The position numbers were made by a program, and so were the translations under genes. A stretch of DNA of 64,000 bases. It comes from Lytechinus pictus. Its lineage: Eukaryota. The stretch spans positions 8,496,001 to 8,560,000 of the forward strand of contig NC_087263.1 of NCBI RefSeq assembly GCF_037042905.1. The letters run 5' to 3'. Below the pieces are notes generated by a model. It saw nothing but the letters and a program-made list of their open reading frames with translations, had not been told where the DNA came from and did no database searches. Below are positions 53,448 through 64,000 of the stretch, one piece after another (positions within the stretch are counted from its first letter, which is position 1; every line of letters begins with the position of its first letter).

Positions 53448-54976
53448 GTAAGTTGGACTACATGGCCCGTGTTCTGAAGTCGGTTTAATTGAAACTCTGG
53501 TTTTAAGTTGTGCTTTTAACTATAAGAAGGCAGTTCAATGTATCAGCTCATTTGACTCCAAAAACATTATTAACTGCCTGGAAAGGATAAGTATGACAGT
53601 CGTCATAATTAGTAAAGAGCACAGTAAACATAAGAAGCATTCACTGTAAACAAAATTTTGAAACGTTTGGCTTCCCATAATTTTAGCACAGAGTTAGACC
53701 ATGGCCTAAGTTAAACCTGACTTCAGAATACGAGCCCATAACTCCATGAACAAAACAATTAGATATTTAGTCAGCTAATATGTCATATTATTAGTACTAT
53801 ATTTTCAGTCAGAAATAGCAATGTTCTAGCTAATGTGAAAAGAAAGCATTCAAATATGACTTTAAAAAACAGTTACAGCCATCTGACCCTTTAATTTTAA
53901 TAGAGATTTTAGATATAGTTAAAATCACTGACGGATCCAAGGGGGGGGGGGGGGCACAGCCGGCCCACCCCCCCCCCCCCCTTTGAGAGGCACAATTAAA
54001 ATTTGTAATTAAAAAATGCCGTTAAAACAAAAATGTGCTCCCTCCCCCTTTTGAAAAGTGAATACTTTTTTTTCTTTCTTTTTTTTTGCTTGTCAAATTT
54101 TCCCTCGGGAAAATGTACCCCCCTCTCGAAAATCCTGGATCCGCCCCTGGTTTAGATTATTGGATCGAGTTCCCCTGGTTATAGTATGACCATGTCATTG
54201 GTATGACGAATTAGGGAACTAATATGGGGTGGGGGTGCGTGTCAAATATTTCCAGAAGGAGCGATTTAAAAAAAAACAGAAACTGGTAGGGGGTAAAATT
54301 CATTCTTAAATGTAAATGTGAATGTTTTTCACAAAGGGCAGATACATAACTATTGAGAATGCAAAAAACAGTAACTGTTTGAGTTTGACTAAAAACCATC
54401 ATTTGATTCAAACTTATATTTTCAGGTTTGGTAAGGCATTAATAATTAGTGTATGCTTGCTTACAAGCAAACATGCTTCCTTAGTAATCCATTTTAAAAG
54501 GTTCACTTTTCTGTGAAAAAGAGCAATAGATCAAATCATAAACTATTTCAAATTGACGACGGAACTCACCGTATTATGACTGTAATTTTGACAGTCCCAT
54601 GTCCAGCCCCATGTCTTATAACGGTGAGTATCCTTCGTCGGCGTCCGAGTCATGTTATCGCGCACTTATCACATCGTTAAAATACCGCGCTAATCAAACC
54701 GAAGTTTATTTAATTCATTATCAGGTGTGGCGTTGGTTTGATAAAATCAGCAAGTCGGAATGAACATACAGTATTTATTTGCAAACGTACAGGCCTATAC
54801 CGGAGCCTCGTTCTCGAGCTGTCACAATGTTTCGGCGATGTATGCTCCAAACGAAGTTGTAACTACACCACTGGCGTAAATCCGTGTTGAGGGGTGGGGG
54901 GGATGACTGAAATATTTTGGCATTTTTTTTGCATTCATGTTTTTAGATATGCAAGGAATTGTAATTGATATGTCCA

Positions 54977-56188
54977 CAATGGCGTACCGTGGGTCACGGT
55001 ATTGTGGGGGCACCAGCAAAATTTTTGAATCACTGAGTGAGCGTGCGAAGCGCGCTCAGTTGCTAGTTATTCTGACCTAATAGAGACATTTTAAGGACAA
55101 TGTCATTGAACGGATATGTATCTCACTGATCAAATAATGCGAGCGCGAAGCGCGAGCTGAATTTTTTTATATTCACACCTAAAAAGGGACATTATAATCA
55201 AATTTGCGTAATCATGATAGTTATCTGTCTCGCTAAACAATGCGAGCGCGAAGCGCGAGCTGAAATTTTCGTATAATTTGACCCCATGCAGCAAACAGCG
55301 AGATTTTAAGGAATATATTTTAGGAATCCATTAAGAGTATGCATATCTCACCATAGTCATCTAATGCGAGTGCCAAGCGCTTGCTGATTTTATTAGAATT
55401 ACATCTGAACACATGAAACACTTTTTGTAGTCATTGCAATCATGATTATCATACGCACCTCACTAATCAAATATTGCGAGCGTGAAGCGTGAGCAGAAAA
55501 TTTAGATAAGTTAGATAATTCAGACCTGAAGTGGGGCATTCTAAGGTTTCTTTGTAGGAATTAACTTGGACCATACGTATTTCATTAACCAAATGATGCG
55601 AGTGCGAAGCGCGAGCTGAAAATTTTTGATATTCAGATCAGAAAAAGGGACATTTTAAGGACTGATTTTAGGAATTCATGAAGAGCAGACATATCTCACC
55701 AATCCACTAATGCGAACGTAATCACGGACAGGAAATGTTTTTATATATACGAAGACCTTAACATGGGGCAATCACTTTTTGAGTTATGTAAAAGAAGCAT
55801 AGGCCTATGTCACTACATAAAACAATGATAACTCAAGTGCTAGGAAATATATTTGGTTTATATTGACTTGAAAACGGGATGTTTTAGTACAACAGGATTA
55901 TATATCTCGTTGAACAGACAATGCGAGCACCAGGAACAATGAAGACGTAGGCCCTGGGCAAATTATGTTTCATAAAGTTATGATAAAAATGTTTCTTATG
56001 TAATGTAACATAACATAATTATAATATGATATAACATTATAATGAATAATACTTTCTTCTTTCCCACTACGTTTCTTTTCCTTTCTCCCTCTTTTCTCTT
56101 TTTCCCCATTTCCCCGGGGTTTTTTTGTCAGCCGATGGGGGGAGCATGTGCCTCCCATGCCCCCCCCCCCCCCGTAGTTACGCCACTG
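54977..56188. mobile_element. Non-autonomous hAT-like element, 1,212 bp, with internal ~110-120-bp tandem units
   Basis: CAATGGCGTA...TACGCCACTG; perfect 8-bp TSD TATGTCCA (54969-76 and 56189-96); repeated TGCGAGCGCGAAGCGCGAGCTGAA. Confidence 0.88.
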
Positions 56189-56616
56189 TATGTCCATATG
56201 GCAAATACCCCTCCAATAGTATTATCTTTTACCCCATGATGGTTTAATGATTTTATTAGAGATTACATTCAAAAATTTTTGACATTCCATCTTAATCCCT
56301 TCCCAAAGACCCCAACATTGATGAATTGGAAGAAACGGGGGTTTCTCTTCAATGTTATAATAAGGACATAAGTATTTCGTTTGGAAATGGTGAACTGGCT
56401 CTTTATTTGCATTTTATGATTCAATAATATTGTTTTATTTGTTAAGCGGTATTTTAGGAAGAATTTTCACCAATAAAACAATTATCTCTTGTGATTTTTT
56501 TAAATTTCTTTCGTAAAAAGTGGGGGGGGGATGATTGTACAGGCCATCCCCCCCTCCTCGAAAAGTGGGGGGGATATATCCCCCCCATCCCCCCCGGGAT
56601 TTACGCCAGTGAACTA

Positions 56617-56890
56617 CACTGTTAAAAAACCCTGATTTTACAGAAAATAAAAAGAAGATTTTGCAGAAAGCAATAACAGAATCATTCTGTAAATTCATAA
56701 AACAAGAATTGTTCTGCAATTTAACAGAACAGGTCTGTTTAAAAAGGGGAAAAGGGTGTTTTATTAAAGGAAATTTGTAAGGTTCCATTCACCAAATACC
56801 AATAAGATCACGCAATCTGGTAAGATTACAGGTGTTCTCGAGACTCTGCTGCAGGAACTTCGTTTATTTTTTATAAATTTTTTAACAGTG
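56617..56890. mobile_element. CMC/EnSpm-like MITE
   Basis: TA|CACTGTTAAAAA...TTTTTAACAGTG|TA. Confidence 0.75.
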
Positions 56891-57472
56891 TAACTCTTTA
56901 TATACGGGTACATTCAAGTATGTAATATATGTTTTATTCAGTTTTATGTCCATTTATGAATCAATGAATTTGTTATCCGATGCAATAATAACAATTTCAA
57001 AAGTTTATAGCCAATTAGTTACAAATACCCAACAAAAACAAGGATCATAGAAACTAGAAAATAGCATGAATGCTAGTCAAGTCTGGTCCCCTGTCGTTTA
57101 GGCAAGTAAATGAACAATTTATTATATATTGTGAATCTACTAAATATAGCCTGTAATACATGTATATGTTTTTATTTTTGCTATATTTATGTTAAGAATT
57201 ATTCCACGTGACATCGCTTATCAAATAAATAGATAAACAAATAAATGAATAAATAATTAAATAAACAAATGAATGAATAAAAAAGAAAGAAATAAATGAA
57301 TAATTTGATAAATAAATAATTTATTACAAAAATGAATGAATAAAAAAGAAAGAAATAAATGAATAATTTGATAAATAAATAATTTATTACAAAAATGAAT
57401 GAATAAAAAATAAATAAAAAAATGAATAAATAAATAAATAAACTTAACCGAGCCCAATTCTATTCATCACAG

Positions 57473-57627
57473 GTGAAATACGGAACATGCATACTCAAAA
57501 GGAATGCAACAGTGACGAAGATTATAACAGTGATCTCTTGCCCGACCCATCAGTGTGTAGATTCTATGATGATATGAATGCCAAGACCTACAGCGCATCC
57601 ATCATGTATAAGCAATACTTATCCAAT
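57473..57627 (+). CDS. CLCA-family gene, exon 4 (GEIRNMHTQKEC...CRFYDD...ASIMYKQYLSN)
   Basis: TTCATCACAG acceptor, AAT|GTAAGT donor, phase 1->0; Cys-rich region with the CLCA-like C.F and ASIM..Q motifs. Confidence 0.9.
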
Positions 57628-58119
57628 GTAAGTGCCCCCTCTACAATGCTCTAAAATTTACCATGTTGGAATTTGAAAAGACGCAGTGAACTGAAAGGAC
57701 TGTCGTAAATGAATTATGTGTCATTTGTTTTGCTTCATAGAAATGTTTAGTTCTTAATTTATTCGTTACTAAAATTGAATTTAATTTTAACATAAAAATT
57801 ATGTACATTCTTTAAAAAAGTATATATTAAAAAGATAGATAAGACAACAGTGGTCCTAGTTTTATATATCTTAATAGAAAGTGTACCATAACAACACATT
57901 TTGAGATTAATTGATAAAATAAATCAAATCAATTTCACTTTATTAATAGTATGTAGATCGCGTGGTAAAGACTTAATGCATTTTCAGTTCTCTAAATTGA
58001 TTTAGTTTATATTTTAGTTTTAGTACTATGTATTTATACAGTGTTAATTTCGACCCTATTATGACAAAACATAGCTCTACTATTAAAGTCCACCGACTTA
58101 AATCCTTTTCTTTTCTCAG

Positions 58120-58233
58120 AACGAACAATTTTGCGATGATCCTACTCGCCCCGGAGTCCCTGATTCGGTAGCACATAATCCCATGGCACCAAATGAACAA
58201 AACAACAAATGTGGTCAGCGAAGTGCATGGGAG
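58120..58233 (+). CDS. CLCA-family gene, exon 5 (NEQFCDD...HNPMAPNEQNNKCGQRSAWE)
   Basis: TTTTCTTTTCTCAG acceptor, GAG|GTAAGC donor, 114 nt; CLCA motif FC...HN..APN.QN..C..RS.WE. Confidence 0.93.
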
Positions 58234-59222
58234 GTAAGCTTCAAGACTATTATTATTATTAATCAATATTCATGATTACAATAAATGAAGTAAGAAACAA
58301 GTGAATACATTAATGAATTGATAACTAAATAGATTCATAAATGAACAAACAAAATAATGAATAAATAAAGGAATATGTTAATTTCTTAAGTAAATAGATA
58401 AATAAATACATAAAGAAATGAATGATTAAATGCGCAAATGAATATATAAATAAAGGAATAGATGGATGAATAAAGAAATAGATAAATAAATAAGTAAAGA
58501 AAAAAAAATGAATAAATAAATCAATCAATCAATTAAATAAATAAGATAAATGAGTACAGAAGTTGAAATTTCGATTGACTCAAACCATCACATATTAAGG
58601 TGATTATGGATTTTGAAAGTGTTAATTTTTGTGACGTCATATGTTAGAGGTGACATGAATTCTATAACATGCCATTTTGTTGAAAAAAAAAGCAAACGAA
58701 AAAAGTTTTTATGACAGATTTTACGGGGAGGGGGTCAAAATGACCCCCAGTTAACTATGGGGTAAACCTTTTAGACAATGTTTTATGCCATATGGTAGTA
58801 CGTCCGACGCCATTGTTTTACATGATTGATAATTTGCTTCTGTGTATTATATGAATCATACTACTATTAAACTCTGGCTTAAAGATGAGGGACTTGGCCA
58901 TGGACTCCCAAAACTTCCACCACTAAGAAAAAAAGGGGAGAAAAGAAAGAAAAGTAAAAGAAAAGGCGTGAGATGTACTACTTTCTTTTCTGAATATAAT
59001 TTCAATATCTGTTAGGAAATACGATTTGTGTAAAGAGGTATTTTTTTTTTCTTTTTTGCTCGCTCGCTTCAATCGCATATTAAAATATATTTTGCCCCGG
59101 CCATACATGCCATACCCCAAGACCGGCCTGCTCAAAAACGGTTTCGCTCATTATGCTATTGCCATCAGTGCTTACTACTCATTTTAAAAAATCACCTCTT
59201 CTTTCTTTCTTTTTTATTACAG

Positions 59223-59393
59223 GTATTGCGCGCCCATCCTGATTTCGAGGACACGGATAGTCTCGACCCTAGACCCGTTCCAAGCACAGACCCTGAATTT
59301 ATCATAATACGCCAGAAGCTTCAGACTACCACTGTTCTCGTACTGGATATATCTGGTAGTATGGGAGGAGAAAGGCTAGTTCTTCTGCAACAG
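59223..59393 (+). CDS. CLCA-family gene, exon 6, start of the vWA domain (VLRAHPDF...TVLVLDISGSMGGERLVLLQQ); gene continues beyond the window
   Basis: Long polypyrimidine tract + TTACAG acceptor, CAG|GTTGGT donor, 171 nt; MIDAS DxSxS motif (DISGS). Confidence 0.92.
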
Positions 59394-59904
59394 GTTGGTA
59401 TAATTGAATCTCGGCAACCCATGGATTACAAAATCTTGATATTTTTTGTTAAACCCTATATGAAAAGCTTTGACAAAAATTCCATAATGTAAATTACCGA
59501 ACATTACATTTTAAAAAGTGCAGTGGTCTTTTTATCTGTTCAACAATGAAAATTAAAAAGTCGATTCATTAGGCACTCTGAGCTGTGTTCAGTCAACAGC
59601 CATCATGTCAATGTTTGCAACAACAAAAAAGTGATACTCGTGTCCTTTGGCTATAGTCCGGTCTGTTAGCGTCAAAAATGCACTACTTGTGGACACGGTG
59701 GACAAAAGCATGATTTTTTCTCCAGACCTTTGTTTATGTATAAGAATTAAAAATGGGGTATGCTCCAAAAAATCTGGCTGCAGGAACAGTGAAAAAATGG
59801 GTGAAAATGTCAGAATTTATGAGTTTAAATTGGTCTGATATATAGACTAGCGCTAGTGCAAAACTCAATAGCAGTGCATTATTTTGAATTGGATTAGTTC
59901 TTGA

Positions 59905-60720
59905 ATTCAAACCCTTTTTGAACAGATCTTCTGTTTGTCCTCGCATCTCAATGCACCAAATATCTGAATGCAGATGCTAACCAAGCCCAAGGGTGGCGGT
60001 GGAGGGGGTTGAATGTTGGTGTGTATGTACATATTTTGGTCTTGGGGTAAAGATGTGCAATACATATTTTTTGCATGTGTTGGAAATTGTGTTGCCATGG
60101 TAACAGTGTATTATGGCAAAAATAAGGTAAAAATCTTGCAGTTAGAACTACTTCCTCTGTTTTCATCCGATTCTCATGAAATTGGCGCACACATTGGTCT
60201 TGAGGTGAAGATGTCTAAGACACATATTTGTGTGTCTTTCAGAAATCTTGTTGCCATGGTAACAACATATCATTTGGTGAAAATTGGGAAAAAAACTTAC
60301 AATTCAAACTGCTTCATCAGTTTTCTATCAATTCTCATGAAATTTGGCACACACATTGGTATTGAAGTAAAGATGTACAAGGCACTTTTTGTGTGTGTTT
60401 CAGAAATTGTGTTGCCATGGGAACAACATATCATATGGCAAAATTTAGGTAAAAACCTTGCATTTGAACTACTTCATCAGTTTTTTTGTTTTGAACCAAT
60501 TCTCATGAAATAATTATGGCTCACACATTGGCCTTGAGGTAAAGATGTGCAAGAATCTTTTTTTTGTGCATTTGTCAGAGAGTGCATTGCCAGGGTAGCC
60601 ACATATAGCCAGAAATATGGGGAAAACTCATTGTGGATCAATCTACTTCTCAGTTTTCAGGCTGTGCTCATAAAAGTTGACACAAATATTAATTTTGTGT
60701 AAAGATTCATATTCAGTGGT
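59905..60720. repeat. ~160-bp tandem repeat block (Helentron-like); outer left part of the large foldback
   Basis: ATGAAAT.GGC.CACACATTGGT.TTGA.GT.AAGATGT...GTTGCCATGG.AAC repeated about 4 times. Confidence 0.65.
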
Positions 60721-63700
60721 AAAAGGGAATCCAGCCTTGGTCATAATGTTGTGTGCATGGAAAAGGAGAAAAATAAGAATGGTGAAAGTTTGAAAGAAAT
60801 CGGACAAGCAAAATAAAGTTATGGCTGCTTTAAAATTAAGATCCCTAACGCTACAAGTATGTAGAATTCAAATTGGCAACTGGGTAAGTAAATTATGACA
60901 AGGGGTGAGGCCGCAAGGACAACTTTCCCATAAGACTAGTACTTAATTATTAGGATTTTTGGTTTTCTCCTAAATCCCTATTCCATTGGGGCTGTAATAT
61001 AAACCCGGTAGTATAATGTTTTATGTCCTCATGAGCGAGATATAATTTGAAGTAAAACTTTTGAAAAAAAAAAGATTTTAGCCAATTAATTATTCCAGTA
61101 CGTGGAAGAGTGGTGGTGCCATGAGCCTAATTACATCAGGAGGGCAAAAGATATTCGTTCGACCCAACCCATTCGAATTTTTTAAATTTGATATTGCTGA
61201 TTGACAAAAGTGTATGAATATGATTCAAAATCTAACACTGATTCTAGAAATGGTAACTACTGAACTTCCTTTGCCCAAATTGGGAAGATATATCAATGAT
61301 TTGGAACTAATTTTTGACTGGCGGAAGAATTGGGGCTATTTTACTGTTTCAGTTGATGAATTTGATCCCATCATAGTTATCTTCATAAATGACGATTTAT
61401 TTTTAAAATGAGCTGGCTACGATACCCTTCTCTGGTCAGATATGGAATGTCAGATATATATCCTATCCTAAGGTAGTAAACATTCGACCCTCTAATTTCA
61501 CATTTATTTTTTATGAATTTTTCTTAAGGGCCATTTTAACACACAAGTCTATGGGGAATGTTTTACGCGCGTGAGACCTGGTCCTTGCCTTACATCACTA
61601 TGACATCACATATGCGGTCAATTTAAAGTCTTCATAGGTATAGTGATTACCAATGTTGACAACTTTTATATATTCACAACTTTCTTATGGTTTGTCCGAT
61701 ATTGTTCAAACTTTGACCTATAAACGTGTCTGATTTTTCATTTTCCTCTAAAACAAGTGTTTATTTGGGTTGGATACCCCTTTATAACGTCATATAATAG
61801 CGCAGGGTATTAATCACCTTCAATAATACTTATAGATTCTTTTGGGGGGGCGGAGAAGGTCCTTAAAAACTGACAACATAAAAATACAGAATGTTAAAGG
61901 TCATGACCATTAGGAACTTAAACACTCTAAAAAAAAACACCCCTTCCATTTTTTTTTTTTGGGGGGGGGGGCTTTAGAAAATTGCCACATAAAGAGTAAA
62001 AGGAAATTATTACGACTAGGAACTTAACCCCCCACCCCCCAAAAAAGGGGGGGGGGGGAGAAAAATCCTTTACACTTCAGCGTATTAATTTAAAGCCTAA
62101 AACATTCTGCTTAAAAAAAAAATTGTTTCCGGTGTCCAATTAATCAATGTTTTATTTATCTTCTTCTACTCAGTCTTTGTTCATTTCAGTTCCTACTCTG
62201 ACTGTCTTTCATCACTCTTTGCACTTTTGAGCTTTACCATACCTTCTTGTTTTGTTTCCTCTCTTCCCCCCCCCCTCTTTGTCTCCCTTTCTAAGTAAAA
62301 TTTTTTTGCTATTTTAATTCATTATTATCTAGCAAAAATTATTCCATCTTGAATGCTTACACCGACACCGAAATATAATACCATGACATTTATTATTTTT
62401 TTTCTTCATAATCTTTTAAACTCCATTTTGGCTACACTCTGTCGATACTAGTAGCAATATTTAATTTCTAGTTTAAAGAATTGAAGAAATGACTGTCATG
62501 ATATTATATTTTGGTAAAGGTACATCAAATTCATATTAACAAGGTTGCAGCATTCAGAATGGAATAACTGTTGCTTGACAAAAATGGATGTAGTTATTTT
62601 CCGAAAATCCTCTGTGAAAATTTTTAGTTTTATATTATATCACTGAGTTTTCCCATTGCTGCAGTTACCACCATCTGAAAGGGATATGACTAGAATATAA
62701 TTATATGTAGAGAAATAAAAGTTTCTCTACATATAATTATATTCTAGTCATATCCCTTATAAGTTTGTCTTTACTCCAATGGAAAATTATTTGCATTTGT
62801 TTTTATGACAGTCAGAGTTTGCATCCAACAATTTTGCTACTGAAACATAATATTTATTTTTTGACAATGGGAGATGTATGATATATAAAGCAGGGGCTAT
62901 CACAGAAATATACTGAAGAAAATTAAATGAAAGAAAATATAAGGCTAAAATCTATTGTGCACATATGTATATTTTTAATATGGTATGTTATTGAGCCATG
63001 GATTTGCAAGTGAATTTCTAAAACAAGTGCAGAGATTTTTGTATATATTTATATTTCTATAATTAGTTGCACGATTAAAGGTACACTTTAAAATATGTCC
63101 GAAAAAATATACTTGGATAGAGAGATGAAACAGAAGGAGATGGTATGGTGAAGCTCAAAATCAAGAGTGGTGTGAAAGTTAAAAAGAAAGAGTAGGAACG
63201 GAATATGAATATGAACAAAAGACTGAGTAGGATAATATAAATAAACAATGGTTAATTGGGTACCGTAAACATTTTTTTTATCAAATGAGAATGCATTAAA
63301 CTTCAAATGAATGGTCTGAAGTGCAAAGGACTCTTCTTACCTTTTAAGGGGGGGGGGGCATTTTCTGCTCAAAAATATATCAGCCCCCTATTTTTTCGGG
63401 GGGGTGGTTCAGTTCCTAGTCATAATCCTTTAACTTTTAACTTTTATGAGGTCATTTTCTAAAGACCCTCCCCCCCCCCCAAAAAAAAGAGCAATGTCTA
63501 GCTTTAAAAATGCAAAGACACCTGAGGGGCAAAGGTGTAGGTAGACTGGTTTGAGCATGGGGAGGTAGAACTAAAAGTGGTATGGGGAGGGGTGCACATC
63601 TTGGGGAGGTGGAACTAAGGTTTGGAAAATCAGCTGTTGAAAGTAGAAAGGGTACACATTTTGTTTTGCTTGCCAGTGTTGGAACTCCTCTGCCTCAGCG

Positions 63701-64000
63701 GAAGGTTTCACATTCACCCAGTGTACCTCCAGCCTATGCCCTTGAGGGGATGCATATTTTAAGAGTGTTTATCATGTTTATGTTTTTAATGGCCACCGCC
63801 TTTAACCTTCTTTATTTCGATGTCAGATTTTAAGGACCAATCCCGCCCCTCCCCCCAAAACCTAGAAATATTAATGAAGGTGATTAGTACCCCCACACTC
63901 TGGCGTGAACATTTTAATGCAGAGAAGACATTTAGAACTTAATATGAATCTTTACCCCAAGATGAATATTTCTTCCAACTTTTATGAGCACTGACTAAAA
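60655..64000. repeat. Large degenerate inverted repeat (foldback) centred at ~62718; extends past the window end
   Basis: Reverse-complement matches: 60655-60720 vs 63935-64000; 61787-61935 vs 63755-63905; 61950-62060 vs 63380-63490; 62100-62265 vs 63120-63295; perfect 37-bp arms at 62679-62715 and 62722-62758. Confidence 0.85.
60724..61781. mobile_element. Decayed Kolobok-like element inserted in the left arm of the foldback
   Basis: AGGGAATCCAGCC...GGTTGGATACCCCT ends in a TAAA/TTAT context; subterminal AAATCGGAC..AAAGTTAT motifs as in the 5565 and 17275 family; absent from the mirror arm. Confidence 0.6.

Noticed and set aside
60013..60513. 166-aa ORF with internal repeats
   Set aside because: Translation of the ~160-bp tandem repeat; not a vWA continuation of CLCA.

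Overview
Eukaryotic, AT-rich, intron- and repeat-dense animal DNA. The repeat landscape suggests a marine invertebrate such as a sea urchin (inference). Almost all entries in the ORF track are spurious; two spliced genes were reconstructed by hand. (1) On the minus strand, 12259->3163, a 6-exon, ~213-aa ankyrin-repeat gene. Its coding exon 2 is interrupted 8 nt before the splice donor by a 1,803-bp non-autonomous DNA transposon (CCC...GGG termini, TG target-site duplication), which introduces an in-frame stop. (2) On the plus strand, from 16947 and running off the right end, a CLCA-family (calcium-activated chloride channel regulator; zinc metalloprotease + vWA) gene. It has two paralogous candidate first coding exons (16947-17248 and 23162-23454), both ending in phase-2 GTAAGT donors that fit one shared exon at 51625, followed by exons with HEWGH and DxSxS motifs. 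The non-coding DNA holds many MITEs (hAT-like 8-bp TSD, CMC/EnSpm-like 2-bp TSD, Kolobok-like TTAA), tRNA-derived SINEs and Helentron-like repeats. It also holds three 18-28-bp palindromes with 7-bp TSDs that resemble P-element excision footprints, and a multi-kb degenerate foldback with a perfect 37-bp hairpin at its axis.
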